Assembly: GCA_963748815.1 (NCBI GenBank)
Contig: CAVVKJ010000010.1
Location: 640,001-704,000 of the forward strand
Reading direction: 5' to 3'
DNA: 64,000 nucleotides
From: an uncultured Gemmatimonadales bacterium
GTDB taxonomy: Bacteria > Gemmatimonadota > Gemmatimonadetes > Gemmatimonadales > GWC2-71-9
In this document: positions 10,555 through 23,634 of the stretch, one piece after another
Position numbering within the stretch: position 1 is the first letter of the stretch
How the letters are laid out: every line of letters starts with the position of its first letter
Notes under the pieces: generated by a model
The model's input: the letters and a program-made list of their open reading frames with translations, nothing else
Told to the model about the DNA's origin: nothing
The model's database searches: none
Translations under genes and position numbers: made by a program

Positions 10555-11810
10555 GCGCGCTCGACCTGGTAGAGCGGGAAGGCGCGGGCCAGCGCCTCGA
10601 CGTCGCCCCGCACCTTCTCGATCGTCGCGTCGTCCTGCCCGACGATTACCCGGTCGATCAGGGTGGCGATGCGCTTCATCTCGGCCGTGCCCATGCCCCG
10701 CGTCGTGAGCGCCGGCGTGCCGAGCCGGATGCCGCTGGTCACGAACGGCGACTGCGGGTCGTCCGGAATCGTGTTCTTGTTGACGGTGATGCCCGCGCGG
10801 TCGAGCAGCTGCTCGGCGAGCTTGCCCGTCAGCCCCTTGGGACGGAGGTCCACGAGCATCAGGTGCGAATCCGTGCCGCCGGAGACGATGTCGAACCCGC
10901 GGCCCTGCAGCGCGACGGCGAGGGTCTTGGCGTTCTCGACCACCTTGCGCGCATAGACCCGGAAGCCGGGCTCCAGCACCTCGCCGAAGGCGACCGCCTT
11001 GGCGGCGATGACGTGCATCAGCGGGCCGCCCTGGTGCCCGGGAAAGACCGACTTGTCCACCTGCTTGGCGAGCGCCTCGCCGCAGAGGATCATCCCGCCG
11101 CGCGGGCCGCGGAGCGTCTTGTGCGTGGTGCTGGTGGTGACGTCGGCGTGCGGCACCGGCGAGGGATAGACGCCGCCGGCCACGAGCCCCGAGAAGTGGG
11201 ACATGTCGACCAGCAGGAACGCCTCGATTTCGTCCGCGATGCTCCGAAACGCCTCGAAGTCGATGATCCGGGCATAGGCGCTGCCGCCCGCGATGATCAG
11301 CTTGGGGCGCTCGCGCCGGGCCTGGTCGCGCACCGCGTCGTAGTCGATGAGCCCGGTGGCGGGGTCCACGCCGTACTGGACCGCACGGAAGATCATCCCG
11401 CTGTGGTTGACCGACGCGCCGTGCGTCAGGTGCCCGCCATGCGGCAGGGACATGCCCATCAGGAGATCGCCCGGCGCAATGAGGGCCATGTACGCCGCGA
11501 GGTTGGCCTGCGCACCGCTGTGCGGCTGCACGTTGGCGTGGCCCGCGCCGAAGATCCGCTTGGCCCGCTCGATGGCCAGCCGCTCAACTTCGTCCACCAC
11601 CTCGCACCCGCCGTAGTACCGGCGCCCGGGGTACCCTTCGGCGTACTTGTTGGTCAGCGGCGTGCCCATCGCGTCGATAACGGCCCGGCTCGCGAAGTTC
11701 TCACTGGCGATCAGCTCCAGGCCGTCCCGCTGGCGGCGCAGCTCGCGGTCCACGATCGCGGCAACGGCCGGGTCGGCCTCCCGCAGGCCGGCGGTATTGT
11801 GGCGACTCAC
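10551..11810 (-). CDS. glyA: Serine hydroxymethyltransferase
   Basis: [31 protein letters not shown] start overlapping the rpiB stop. Confidence 0.98.
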   Translation of the reverse strand: MSRHNTAGLREADPAVAAIVDRELRRQRDGLELIASENFASRAVIDAMGTPLTNKYAEGYPGRRYYGGCEVVDEVERLAIERAKRIFGAGHANVQPHSGAQANLAAYMALIAPGDLLMGMSLPHGGHLTHGASVNHSGMIFRAVQYGVDPATGLIDYDAVRDQARRERPKLIIAGGSAYARIIDFEAFRSIADEIEAFLLVDMSHFSGLVAGGVYPSPVPHADVTTSTTHKTLRGPRGGMILCGEALAKQVDKSVFPGHQGGPLMHVIAAKAVAFGEVLEPGFRVYARKVVENAKTLAVALQGRGFDIVSGGTDSHLMLVDLRPKGLTGKLAEQLLDRAGITVNKNTIPDDPQSPFVTSGIRLGTPALTTRGMGTAEMKRIATLIDRVIVGQDDATIEKVRGDVEALARAFPLYQVERA

Positions 11811-12253
11811 GTCCCCTCCCCTTCCTCGATCTTGGCGACCCGACGACTGTGCCGGCCACCGGCGAACGGCGTCGCGAGCCAGCGCTTGAGAATGTCCACG
11901 CTCTCGTCCTCGCTCAGGCAGCGCGCCGGCAGGACGAGCACATTGGAATCGTTGTGCTCCCGCGAGAGCTCCGCGACCTCCGGATTCCACGCCACCGCCG
12001 CCCGCACGCCATGGTGCCGGTTGGCGGCATAGGACATTCCGAGCCCGGTTCCGCAGAGCAGGATGCCGCGCTGCACCTCGCCGCGTTCCACCTTCTCCGC
12101 GAGCGGGTGGGCAAAGTCAGGATAGTCGACCGACTCGGTGCTGTCGGTGCCCATGTCGAGCGGCGCGTACCCGAGCGCGGTCAACTCGCGCTTGAGCCGC
12201 TCCTTGAGCTCGACGCCGGCGTGGTCGGATGCGATGGGGATGATTTCTGGCAT
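11807..12253 (-). CDS. rpiB: Ribose-5-phosphate isomerase B
   Basis: ASDHAG, VDYPD, CGTGLG, HNDSNVL, GGRHSRR. Confidence 0.96.
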   Translation of the reverse strand: MPEIIPIASDHAGVELKERLKRELTALGYAPLDMGTDSTESVDYPDFAHPLAEKVERGEVQRGILLCGTGLGMSYAANRHHGVRAAVAWNPEVAELSREHNDSNVLVLPARCLSEDESVDILKRWLATPFAGGRHSRRVAKIEEGEGT

Positions 12254-12266
12254 GTAGGGCAACATA

Positions 12267-12327
12267 GCGGGGACGCGGGGACGCGGGGAAGCGGGAAAGC
12301 CCCCTCCCCGCTTCCCCGCTTTCCCGC
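12267..12327. repeat. Inverted pair of octamer tandem repeats (GCGGGGAC/A x4; TTCCCCGC x3)
   Basis: 8-nt period read directly; the two arms are complementary. Confidence 0.8.
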
Positions 12328-13389
<1,062 letters not shown>

Positions 13390-13456
13390 GGCGGCGCTCA
13401 CTGGGAAATGGCGGTTGAAGGACGGGCGCGGAAGGTCCGGCCGGTCGTCGATGGCG

Positions 13457-14359
13457 TCACTTGGTGTACTCGTAGAACCCGCGGCCGCTCTTCCGGCCGA
13501 GGTGCCCCGCCGCGACCATGCGGCGGAGCAACGGACAGGCCCGGTACTTGTCGTCTCCCAGGCCTCGATGCAGCACTTCCAGGATGGCGAGGCAGACGTC
13601 CAGCCGATGAAGCGGACCCCGATGCAGCACTTCCAGGATGGCGAGGCAGACGTCCAGCCCGATGAAGTCGGCCAGGGCCAGCGGCCCCATCGGATGGGCC
13701 ATCCCCAGCTTCATCACCGTGTCGATCGACTCGGGCGTGGCCACTCCCTCCATCACGCAGAAGATCGCCTCGTTGATCATCGGCATCAGCACCCGGTTGG
13801 ACACGAACCCGGGATAGTCGTTCACCTCGACCGGCGTCTTGCCGAGCGATCGCGAAGTTTCCATCGTCCACTCGGCGGTCGCATCGGTGGTCGAATGGCC
13901 CCGGATGACCTCGACGAGCTGCATGACCGGCACCGGATTCATGAAGTGCATCCCGATGACCTGGCCGGGGCGCCTGGTGCGCGCGGCAATTTCGGTGATG
14001 GAGATGGAACTGGTGTTGGTGGCGAGGATCGCCTCGGGCTTCGCGATCCGGTCGAGCTGTTCGAAGAGGGCAAACTTGATGTCGGGCCTCTCGGAGGCCG
14101 CCTCGACCACGACATCGGCCGCGGCGGCCGCCTCGAGGGACAGGTGCCCGGCAATGCGGCCCATCACCTCGTCGGCGTGCGCCGCCGTCAGCGTCCCTTT
14201 CTTGACCTGCCGGTCCAGGTTGCCCCGGATGGTGGCCAGGCCCCGGTCCAGCGCCGGTTGGGCCACGTCGATGAGGGCCACCTGCCAGCCGTGCTGTGAA
14301 AAGACGTGGGCAATGCCGTTCCCCATGGTCCCGGCTCCCACGACCGCTGCGCGCTTCAT
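13457..14359 (-). CDS. hbd: 3-hydroxybutyryl-CoA dehydrogenase with an internal 54-nt duplication
   Basis: [42 protein letters not shown]. Confidence 0.93.
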   Translation of the reverse strand: MKRAAVVGAGTMGNGIAHVFSQHGWQVALIDVAQPALDRGLATIRGNLDRQVKKGTLTAAHADEVMGRIAGHLSLEAAAAADVVVEAASERPDIKFALFEQLDRIAKPEAILATNTSSISITEIAARTRRPGQVIGMHFMNPVPVMQLVEVIRGHSTTDATAEWTMETSRSLGKTPVEVNDYPGFVSNRVLMPMINEAIFCVMEGVATPESIDTVMKLGMAHPMGPLALADFIGLDVCLAILEVLHRGPLHRLDVCLAILEVLHRGLGDDKYRACPLLRRMVAAGHLGRKSGRGFYEYTK

Positions 14360-15243
14360 GCCGCCCCCTCCCCCTTCGGTATCCAGCGTGACACGAGAAT
14401 GATGGCGCCGATCGTGGCCACCGAGGCCAGGATCCCGCCTTCCGGGCCGAAGGCGCCGCCGCTGACCCACGCGGGCCCGCCCGGATTGTACTCGAGCAGC
14501 GGAATCGCGAGCGGCAGCCCGCTGACCGGAGCGCCGAGCGCCGCGAGCGAGAGGTTCCACCCGAGGTGCGCCCCCCACGCGGCCCAGATTCCGCCCGGAC
14601 TGAAGAACACCGCGCCGAGCAGCATCCCCGCGAGGCTGATGTTGGCCAGTCCCAGCAGGGTGGCGTCCGGGTTGCCCAGGTGCGCGAGCCCGAACAGCAG
14701 GGAGGTGGCCACGACCGCCTGCCACCGGCCGATGACTCCCGCCAGCAGGACCAGCGGCACCCCGCGAAAGATGATCTCCTCGCTCAGCGCCGGGAGGCTG
14801 AGTGCCGCGGCGGTCAGGCCGGCGGAGCGGAGCCAGCCGAGGAAAGTCCCTTCCCCGGTCGTCCAGCTCGCGCCGGCGACCGCCAGCCCGAGCACCATGG
14901 CCAGCGCCGCGGAGGCGCCCCCGACACCGAAGCCGCGACCGAACCACCGCCCCCGGGGCGCCGTTCCCGCCCAGCGGAGTTCCTCCCAGGTCCGGCCCAC
15001 GACCCGGTGGCCGATGTGATAGGTCGCGATGCCGAAGCCGACGATCAATCCAGCGCCCTGCACCATCGCCTGCAGGAGTCCCGCGGCGCCGAACCAGTTC
15101 GGGTCGACCTCCCCCGTGACCACCGCGCCAATCCCGACCGCGGCCACGAGTCCAATCGCGAACCCTTCTACGCCAAAGGCGATCGACCAGCCGATCGCCT
15201 TGAGCACGCCCTTCCAGCCGCTGCCGATTTCGCGGCGACTCAA
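14356..15243 (-). CDS. CPBP (CAAX/Abi) intramembrane glutamic endopeptidase
   Basis: EEIIFRG, FGLAH, HLGWN; multiple TM segments. Confidence 0.9.
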   Translation of the reverse strand: MSRREIGSGWKGVLKAIGWSIAFGVEGFAIGLVAAVGIGAVVTGEVDPNWFGAAGLLQAMVQGAGLIVGFGIATYHIGHRVVGRTWEELRWAGTAPRGRWFGRGFGVGGASAALAMVLGLAVAGASWTTGEGTFLGWLRSAGLTAAALSLPALSEEIIFRGVPLVLLAGVIGRWQAVVATSLLFGLAHLGNPDATLLGLANISLAGMLLGAVFFSPGGIWAAWGAHLGWNLSLAALGAPVSGLPLAIPLLEYNPGGPAWVSGGAFGPEGGILASVATIGAIILVSRWIPKGEGAA

Positions 15244-15809
15244 AGCAGCGTGGCCAGCTTCGGTGAAATCCGTGACACCAGCGCCGCCGCAAGCGTTGCC
15301 TTGATGAGGCCCATCGGCAGGAACGGCAGCGAGCCCAGGGCAAAGGCCGTCGCCGGATCACCGGTGAGGATGGCCAGCTGCGCGACGCCGCCGGCGTGGA
15401 TGATCACCAGGCCGAGGAACGCACCCAGGAGCGCGCGTCCAAACCCGCCGCGCCGGGCGACGCTTCCCATGATCAGGGCGGCCACCGGAAAGGCGAGAAG
15501 GTATCCGCCGGTCGGGCCGAGGAGCCACGCGATGCCGGACGCGCCGCCCGAGAAGACCGGCAGGCCGGCAATGCCGAGGCCGAGGTACGCGATGAGCGCC
15601 GCGACGCCGGCTACGGGGCCCAGCAATCCGCCGACCGTCAGCACCGCCAGGTCCTGCAGGGTGACAGGCACCGGCGTCATGGGCAGCGGGATGCGCACCT
15701 GCGCGGCCACGGCCACGACGAGGGCCCCGATCGCGATGGCGAGGACGCGACGTCCGGTGGACGACACGGGAGCGGCGACGAGGGCCGGCGTTTCGGTCTG
15801 GCTGATCAC
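15240..15809 (-). CDS. bioY: Biotin transporter BioY
   Basis: [21 protein letters not shown]. Confidence 0.93.
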   Translation of the reverse strand: MISQTETPALVAAPVSSTGRRVLAIAIGALVVAVAAQVRIPLPMTPVPVTLQDLAVLTVGGLLGPVAGVAALIAYLGLGIAGLPVFSGGASGIAWLLGPTGGYLLAFPVAALIMGSVARRGGFGRALLGAFLGLVIIHAGGVAQLAILTGDPATAFALGSLPFLPMGLIKATLAAALVSRISPKLATLL

Positions 15810-16993
15810 ATTGCCTCCACGCTGAGCGCCACGGCGTTGCCGCCACCGAGGCAAAGGGTTGCGAGACCTGTCCCGACGCCGCGGTCCTTCATGGCGTAGA
15901 GCAAGGTGGTGAGTACCCGGGCACCGGAGGCGCCGATCGGGTGGCCGAGGGCCACCGCGCCGCCCCGGACGTTGACGCGGCTCCAGTCCCAGCCGAGGGC
16001 CCGGCCGTCGGCCAGCGCCTGCACGGCGAAGGCCTCGTTGGCCTCGATCAGGCCGTAGTTGCCGATGGTGGCCCCGGTCTTCTTCATGAGGTTCTGCACG
16101 GCCAGGATCGGGGCGAAGAAGAGGTCCTTCGGGTCGCCGCCGCCGGTGGCGTAGCCCGTCACCCGCGCGAGCGGCTTCAGGCCGTTCGCCTTGGCGAAGG
16201 CGAGGGAGGTGACGACCAGCGCGCTGGCGCCGTCGTTGAGGCCGGGCGCGTTCCCCGCGGTGACGCTGCCGTCCTTCTGGAATACCGGCTTGAGTTTGGC
16301 CAGCGCTTCGAGGTTGGTGTCCTTGCGGGGCGACTCGTCGGTGTCGACGATGGTCGGGCCCTTGCGGCCCGGAATCTCGACCGGCACGATCTCCGCCTTG
16401 AACTCCCCCGCCTCGATGGCGGCGACGGCCTTCTGGTGGCTCTCGAAGGCGAACCGGTCCTGGTCCTCACGCGAGATACCGGCCTTGGTGGCGGTGTACT
16501 CGGCGTAGACACCCATGTGGTTGTCGCCGAAGCTGTCCCAGAGGCCGTCGTGGATCATCCCGTCGACCATCGTCTGGTTGCCCGCCTTGATGCCGTTCCG
16601 CATGCCGTACACGTAATGCGGCGACGCCGACATCGCCTCCTGGCCGCCCGCCACGACGCACTGCGCGTCGCCCGCCTTGATGGATTGGGCGGCGAGCATG
16701 ACCGCCTTCAAGCCGGACCCGCAGACCTTGTTGATGGTCAACGCGGGCACGGCGCCGGGGACGCCGGCGTGGATCATCGCCTGGCGGGCGGTGGCCTGCC
16801 CGGCGCCCCCCTGGAGGACATGGCCCATGATGACCTCGTCCACGGCGCCGGGATCGACGCCGGCGCGCTTCAGCGCCTCCCGAATGACGACGGCCCCGAG
16901 TTGCGGGGCCGACAGGGACGACAGGCCACCGAGATAGCGGCCAATGGGGGTGCGGACGGCGGAGACAAGGACGGGGGTCGTGGAATCGCTCAC
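15806..16993 (-). CDS. Acetyl-CoA C-acetyltransferase (thiolase)
   Basis: [25 protein letters not shown]. Confidence 0.97.
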   Translation of the reverse strand: MSDSTTPVLVSAVRTPIGRYLGGLSSLSAPQLGAVVIREALKRAGVDPGAVDEVIMGHVLQGGAGQATARQAMIHAGVPGAVPALTINKVCGSGLKAVMLAAQSIKAGDAQCVVAGGQEAMSASPHYVYGMRNGIKAGNQTMVDGMIHDGLWDSFGDNHMGVYAEYTATKAGISREDQDRFAFESHQKAVAAIEAGEFKAEIVPVEIPGRKGPTIVDTDESPRKDTNLEALAKLKPVFQKDGSVTAGNAPGLNDGASALVVTSLAFAKANGLKPLARVTGYATGGGDPKDLFFAPILAVQNLMKKTGATIGNYGLIEANEAFAVQALADGRALGWDWSRVNVRGGAVALGHPIGASGARVLTTLLYAMKDRGVGTGLATLCLGGGNAVALSVEAM

Positions 16994-17065
16994 GGTGCAT
17001 CCGAAAGTTGAAGAAATCGCAGTCCCAAAGATACTCGCCGAGTCAACGCTCCGCGAGGTGAGGGG

Positions 17066-19003
17066 CTAGCCCGCCATCCCGAGCGCCCGTGATCGAATCT
17101 CGTCCGACACGCGCGAGAGAAACTCCCCCACCGCCACCACCTCCTGCTTGTTCCCCGCCCCGCGCACGCGGATGGCCACCGTATCGGCGTCGGCCTCGCG
17201 CTGCCCCACCACCGCCATGTACGGCACCTTGCCGACCTCGCCCTCCCGGATCCGGTAGTTGAGGGTCGAGTTCCCGGCGCTCAGCGTCGCCCGGATCGCC
17301 GGCCGCCCGGAGCCGCGCCACCACCTTCGCCGCCGCCTCGGCCTGCTCGTCGGAAATCGGGAGCACCCGCACCTGCTCCGGCGACAGCCAGAGCGGGAAG
17401 GCGCCCGGCGAAGTGCTCGATGAGGATGGCGATGAACCGCTCGAACGAACCGCACATGGCGCGGTGGATGACGACCGGCCGGTGCTCGGCGTTGTCCTCG
17501 CCCACGTAGCTCAGGTCGAACCGCTCCGGCGCCGCGTAGTCGAGCTGGATGGTGCCCAGCTGCCACTTCCGTCCGATCGAGTCCGACACGTCGAAGTCGA
17601 TCTTCGGCCCGTAGAAGGCGCCGTCGCCCGCCTTCAGCTCGTAGGGCAGCCCGGTGGCCTCGAGCGCGGCACGGAGCGCGCGCCTCCGCGCGGTCCCACA
17701 TCTCGTCGTCGCCGATCCGCTGCTCCGGCCGGGTCGCGAACTTGAGCGTCGCCGTCAGCCCGAACGTCGCGTAGTACCTCGAGGATCATCTGGACGAGGC
17801 GCTGCACCTCGCCCGCGATCTGGTCGGTCCGGCAGGTAGATGTGGCAGTCGTCCTGCTGGAACTGCCGCACGCGCGTCAGCCCGGAGAGCGCGCCCGTGA
17901 CCTCGTTGCGGTGCAGCACGTCGAACGTGGAGTAGCGCACCGGCAGCTCGCGGTACGAGTGCTTCTCGCATGCCGTACAGCAGGTGGTGGACGGGCAGTT
18001 CATCGGCTTCAGGGAGAAGTCGTGCTCGCCCGATCTCGTTGTCGAGCACGAGGAACATGTTCTCGTGGTACTTGCCCCAGTGCCCCGACCGCTCCCAGAG
18101 CCTCTTGTTGTAGAGCAGCGGGGTCTTGATCTCCTGGTAGTCGGCCCGCTGCTGCAGCTCGCGGATGAAGTCGTTCAGCGCGTTGTAGATCGTCGTGCCC
18201 CGGTCGGTCCAGAAGGCGGCGCCGGGGGACGACGGATGGAACATGAAGAGGTCGAGCTCCTTGCCGAGCCGGCGGTGGTCGCGCTTCCGCGCCTCCTCGA
18301 GCCGGTGGAGGTGCGCCGCGAGGTCCTCCTTCTTGAAGCACGCCGTGCCGTAGATCCGCTGCAGCATCTGGCGGCGCTCGTCGCCGCGCCAGTACGCGCC
18401 GGCGCCGTGCAGCAGCTTGAAGTGCTTGAGGCGGCCGGTCGACGGGATGTGCGGGCCCGCGGCAGAGGTCCTGGAAGGGTCCGTCGGTGTAGACGGTGAT
18501 CACCTCGTCGTCGCCGAGCTCGCTGATGCGCTCCAGCTTCAGCGGGTCGTCCGCGAAACGGCGGTTGGCCTCGGCGCGGTCCACCACCTCGCGGCGGAAC
18601 GGGTGATCCCGTCCACCACCTCGGCCATCTTCTGCTCGATGGCGGCGAGGTCCTCGGGCGTGAAGGGGCGCGGGACGTCGAAGTCGTAGTAGAAGCCGTC
18701 CTCGATCGGCGGGCCGAACCCGATGCCGGCGCCGGGAAAGAGCTCCCGCACCGCCGTCGCCATGATGTGCGCGGTGCTGTGGCGGAGCAGCTCGAGCGAA
18801 TCGGCGTCGCGCTCGGTGAGGACGGCAAACGCGGCGTCCCGCTCGATGGGCCGGTCGAGGTCCCAGACCACCCCGTCCACCCGTGCCGCGAGGGCGGCCT
18901 TGGCCAGCCCCGGGCCGATCAGCTGGGCCACCTCGCGGCTCGTGGTGCCCGCGGGGACTTCGCGCACGGAGTCGTCGGGCAGGGTCAGGCGGATCTGCGT
19001 CAT
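17066..19003 (-). CDS. thrS: Threonine--tRNA ligase, split by roughly ten frameshifts (probable sequence errors)
   Basis: Collinear motifs across frames: TGS domain, [48 protein letters not shown]. Confidence 0.92.
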
Positions 19004-19152
19004 GGGGAGGTGTCCTGCATGATCGGCGTCACGATCGGGTCGGCGTGAGGGGCGTAGCGAAAGTAGAGGACGATCCCGCCGAGGATCAGGAGCGCCACGA
19101 AGAGCCAGCGAGCCAGTTCGCGGCCGGGAATCCGGGTGCGTTCGTCGGCCAT
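19000..19152 (-). CDS. 50-aa single-TM protein ([50 protein letters not shown])
   Basis: ATG start, one hydrophobic helix, ATGA overlap with thrS; absent from ORF track. Confidence 0.65.
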   Translation of the reverse strand: MADERTRIPGRELARWLFVALLILGGIVLYFRYAPHADPIVTPIMQDTSP

Positions 19153-19201
19153 GAGACACCCCGGGAACGAGGGGAGACGATACCTGCGACTTCGCGAGTG
19201 A

Positions 19202-19220
19202 ACGTGTTAACTTAACGCGT
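19202..19220. promoter_or_regulatory. AT-rich palindrome in the divergent promoter region
   Basis: ACGTGTTAA-C-TTAACGCGT (8/9 match). Confidence 0.45.
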
Positions 19221-19251
19221 CTTAGCCAATATTTGCACAAGGAGCACGCGC

Positions 19252-19677
19252 GTGAAGCGGGAGCGTCTGAGCACGGCGGAAACGCTGGGCTGGTCGGTGG
19301 TCGGTTTCGGGGCGGGACTCGCCGGCGGACTCTGGGCGGCCGGCTGGCTCGGCCGGGTGACCCGCGGGCGCCTGGCCGATGAGGTGCGTTCCATCCGCAC
19401 GCCCGGGGCCACCTCCGCGGTCGCGCTGGCCGGCGCGGTCGAGGCCGCCCTGCAGGCCGACCCGGCGCTGGCCCCGCACGGCCTCACGGCGGTGCCCGTG
19501 ACCCGGGGCACGGTGGAGCTCTGCGGCTGGGTGCCCGACCGGCGCACCCGCGCGCGCGCCGTCCGGCTGGCGGCGCTGGTCGACGGCCTCGACGACCTCA
19601 TCAACAGCATCCTGGTTCGCGGCGAGGACGACTTCGTCGTTCCCACCGAACTGACCCTCGAAGGCCGGTCCGCATGA
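19252..19677 (+). CDS. BON-domain membrane protein
   Basis: N-terminal [11 protein letters not shown]...GTVELCGWV...[19 protein letters not shown]. Confidence 0.8.
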   Translation: MKRERLSTAETLGWSVVGFGAGLAGGLWAAGWLGRVTRGRLADEVRSIRTPGATSAVALAGAVEAALQADPALAPHGLTAVPVTRGTVELCGWVPDRRTRARAVRLAALVDGLDDLINSILVRGEDDFVVPTELTLEGRSA

Positions 19678-22360
19678 CCACCGAGCTCGCGCCGCAGTAC
19701 CAGCCCGGCGACATCGAGAAGGCGCTCTACCAGTGGTGGAGCGACCAGGACCTCTTCTCCCCCCGCCCGGGCGGTCCGTCCTACGTGATCATGATGCCGC
19801 CGCCCAACGTGACGGACCGGCTGCACATGGGCCACGGCCTCAACAACACCATCCAGGACGCCGCCATCCGGTTCGAGCGGATGCGGGGGCGCGACGTGCT
19901 CTGGCTCCCCGGCACCGACCACGCCGGCATCGCCACCCAGAATGTCGTGGAACGGGTCCTGACCTCCGAGGGGAAGACGCGGTTCGACCTCGGCCGCGAG
20001 GCGTTCGTGCAGCGGGTCTGGGACCACGTGCACCGGACGGGCGCCACGATCCTCGAGCAGCTGAAGGCGATCGGCGCCAGCTGCGACTGGAACCGGACCT
20101 ATTTCACGCTCGATGACGGGCTGTCGCGGGCGGTGCGTGAGGTGTTCGTACGCCTCCACGAGAAGGACCTGATCTACCGCGGCAACTACATCATCAACTG
20201 GTGCCCCCGCTGCCTGACCGCCCTCTCGAACGAGGAAGCGGAAAAGGAGGAGGAGGACGGGCACCTCTGGCACCTCCGGTATCCGCTCAACGACGGCCGG
20301 CACCTCACCGTGGCCACGACGCGCCCCGAAACGATGCTGGGCGACACCGCCGTGGCGGTGCATCCCGCGGACACCCGGTACGCGGCCCTCGTGGGCAGCA
20401 CCATCCGGCTCCCGCTGGTAGACCGGGACATTCCGATCGTCGCCGACGACGAGATCGATCCGGCGTTCGGCACTGGCGCGGTCAAGGTGACCCCGGCGCA
20501 CGATCCGCTCGACTTCGAGATCGGGAAACGGCACGGCCTGGAAGCGCTCAACGTCCTGACCCCCGACGCCCACATCAACGAGAACGCGCCGGCCCGTTTC
20601 CAGGGGCTGACCCGGGAAGCGGCACGCAAGCAGGTCGTGCGTGAGTTCGACGCGCTGGGGTTGCTGGAAAAGGTGGAGCCGCACCACCACGCCGTCGGTC
20701 ACTGCTACCGGTGCGGTACCGTCGTCGAGCCACGGCTCTCGGAGCAGTGGTTCGTCCGGATGGCACCGCTCGCCGCCCCGGCCCTGCAGGCGTATAAAGA
20801 CGGCGACGTCCGGTTCATCCCGGAGCGCCGCGGCACCGAGTACGCGCAGTGGATGGAGGGGATTCGCGACTGGTGCATTTCGCGCCAGCTCTGGTGGGGC
20901 CATCGGATCCCGGTCTGGTACTGTGACTCGCCGGGCTGCGAGCGGACCACGGTTTCCCGCACCGACCTGTCCGCCTGCCCCGGGTGCGGCGGTGCGGTGC
21001 GCCAGGACGAGGACGTCCTCGACACCTGGTTCTCCTCCTGGCTGGTGCCCTTCTCGAGCCTCGGCTGGCCCGAGCGAGACAGCGGACCTGAAGCGGTTCT
21101 ACCCCGGCGACACGCTGGTGACCGCCCCCGAGATCCTGTTCTTCTGGGTGGCGCGGATGATCATGGCCGGCCTGGAGTTCCAGGGGAAGGTGCCCGTTCC
21201 ACACCGTGTACCTCCACGGCACGGTGCGCGACACCCAGCACCGCAAGATGTCCAAGTCGCTGGGCAACGGAATCGACCCGCTGGAGGTGATCGAGCGGTA
21301 CGGCGCCGACGCCCTGCGGTACACGGTGATCTCGGGCATGGCCGTCGGGACCGACCTGATCCTCGACCCCGCCGACCTCGAGTCGTCGTTCGCCGCGGGC
21401 CGGAACTTCGCCAACAAGCTCTGGAACGCCGGCCGGTTCGCGCTCGGCACCCTCGACGGCCCGACCCGGCCCCTCGCGGGCCAGTACCCGGACGTGATTC
21501 GGCGCGAGGAACTCACCCTCCCCGATCGGTGGATCATCGCCCGCTGCGACGCGACGGTGCGCGCCGCCACCGAGGCGTTCGAGCGGTTCCGGCTCAACGA
21601 CGCCGCCGCCGCGGTGTATCGCTTCCTCTGGAGCGACCTGGCCGACTGGTACATCGAGCAGGCCAAGCCGCGGCTCTACAACCAGCAGCCCGGCGGCGAC
21701 GTGGCCCGCGCGGTGCTCGCCCAGACCTTTGACGTGGCGCTGCGGCTGCTGCATCCGGTCATGCCGTTCGTGACCGAAACGCTCTGGAAGCGGCTCCCGG
21801 GCCGGCAGGATGCCGATTCGATTTCGGTGGCGCCCTGGCCGCGCCCCGATGACCGCGCGACGGACGACGATGCGCTGGCGCACTTCGAGGAAGTGCAGCG
21901 CATCATCACGAGCCTGCGCCAGTTGCGGGCGGACGCCGGGGTACACCCCGGCGAGCAGGCCACCGGTTCGATCACGACGGCCACCGCGGCCACCGCCGCC
22001 CGCCTCTCCGGCCAGCGCGAGACCATCACCCGCCTGACCAAGGTCACCGTCGATGCCGTCGTGGTCCGGAGCGCCGATGGCTCGTCAGGCGAGGCCCTCA
22101 AGACCGCGGTGCTCCCCGACGGCGTCGAGGTGTCGATCGCGTTGAGTGCGGCCGACCGCGAGCGCGAATGCGCGCGGCTGGCCAAGGAGGAGGCGCACCT
22201 CCGGCAGCTCGTCGCGGCGCAGGAAAAGAAGCTCGGCAACGAGCAATTCGTGGCGCGGGCCCCCGCCGCCGTCGTCGAGGGAGAGCGCCAGAAGCTCGCC
22301 ACCTGGTCGGAACAGGCGGACGCGCTCGGCGAGAACCGCCGCCGCCTGGGTTGTGCATGA
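19674..22360 (+). CDS. valS: Valine--tRNA ligase with two frameshifts (about 21075 and 21195)
   Basis: [37 protein letters not shown]-terminal coiled coil. Confidence 0.95.
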
Positions 22361-23634
22361 CCGGGCGCCGCCTGGCGGGAGCGATCCTGGCGCTCGCCAT
22401 CGCGGCGTGCGCCAAGATGGAACCCCCGCCGGGCGGCCCCCCTGACCTCGTTCCCCCCGGGTTGATCGCCACCGTTCCGGAATCACTCACCGTCCTGCCC
22501 GAGTTTTCCGGAGACGTCGAGTTCCTCTTCAACGAGACCGTCTCCGAAGGCGGCAGCCCGAACATGGGCCTCGGCACCGGCGACCTTGAAAAGCTCGTCA
22601 TCCTCTCGCCGAGCGAGAAGGTGCCCAAGGTCCGGTGGAAACGGAGCCGCGTCACCGTCCGACCGGCGGAGGGCTGGCAACCAAACACCGTCTACCGCGT
22701 GCAACTCCTGCCCGGCGTGATGGACATCCGGCGCAACCGCTTCGACAGTACCCGGGTCGTCACCTTCACCACCGGCGCCCCGCTTCCCGAGTTGCACCTG
22801 ACCGGCCAGGTCTGGGATTGGACCACCGGCCGCCCCGCCCCGCGCGCCCTCGTCATTGCCGTGCTCCTCCCCGACAGCCTGCGGTACCGGATGATGGCCG
22901 ACAGCGCGGGCAAGTTCGACTTCGGCCCGCTGCCGGCAGGCGACTACCTCGTCTACGGCGCCATCGACCAGAATAGGAACGCCCGGCTCGACCGCCGGGA
23001 GGCGTGGGACTCCCTTCCTGTGCCGCGCGACAGCACCGCGGTCCCGGAACTGTGGGCCTTTCCGCACGACTCTGTCGGGCCACGGCTCTCGAAGGCCGAG
23101 GTGAAGGACTCGCTGTCCGCCACCCTGACCTTCAGCCAGCCGCTCGACCCCACCCAGCAGTTTGCGCCGGGCACGGTTCGCGTCGTCCTCCTCCCCGATT
23201 CGACCGTCGTCGAGGTGCTCTCGCTGCTGCCCAAGGCGGAACACGACTCGCTGTACCGTCCCCCGCCGCCACCGCCCGACACGACGGTGCCCGAAGCGCC
23301 GGCGCCGCCAAAGAAGGCCGTCGTCCCACCCGTCGTTGCGGACAGCGTGAAGCCGTCGCGGTCGCCCCTGTACACCTCCCTGGTGCTGCGGGTGGCCGCG
23401 GCCTGGAACCCAAAATCCACCTACGTGATTGAGATCGACTCGCTCCGAAACGCGAACGGCGCCCCGGCGGACATCCGCGGGCCGCTGGAGGTGCCGGAGG
23501 TGAAGGTCGACTCGACCGCCGTCGCCGCGGATTCCGCGGCAGCACTTCGCGATTCGATGCCGACGCCGCCGGATTCCGCCGCCCCGCCCACGCCGCCGGG
23601 GGACTCCCTCCCGCCGAAGCCGCCGGCTCGATGA
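22357..23634 (+). CDS. Lipoprotein with Ig-like (Big_5/SbsA-type) domains
   Basis: Lipobox IAAC followed by PPGGPPD; beta-rich; Pro-rich tail. Confidence 0.8.
   Translation: MTGRRLAGAILALAIAACAKMEPPPGGPPDLVPPGLIATVPESLTVLPEFSGDVEFLFNETVSEGGSPNMGLGTGDLEKLVILSPSEKVPKVRWKRSRVTVRPAEGWQPNTVYRVQLLPGVMDIRRNRFDSTRVVTFTTGAPLPELHLTGQVWDWTTGRPAPRALVIAVLLPDSLRYRMMADSAGKFDFGPLPAGDYLVYGAIDQNRNARLDRREAWDSLPVPRDSTAVPELWAFPHDSVGPRLSKAEVKDSLSATLTFSQPLDPTQQFAPGTVRVVLLPDSTVVEVLSLLPKAEHDSLYRPPPPPPDTTVPEAPAPPKKAVVPPVVADSVKPSRSPLYTSLVLRVAAAWNPKSTYVIEIDSLRNANGAPADIRGPLEVPEVKVDSTAVAADSAAALRDSMPTPPDSAAPPTPPGDSLPPKPPAR

Noticed and set aside
13457..15361. 634-aa hbd fusion and similar long 5' extensions (42648-44495, 48941-51427, 30877-33429)
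   Set aside because: The extensions are off-frame read-through of neighbouring genes; true starts lie at stop/start overlaps
17066..19003. Programmed frameshifting or true pseudogene in thrS
   Set aside because: Too many scattered indels without slippery sites in an essential gene; sequence error is more likely
19153..19251. T-box riboswitch or attenuator for thrS/valS
   Set aside because: Spacer is too short and has no T-box motif or terminator
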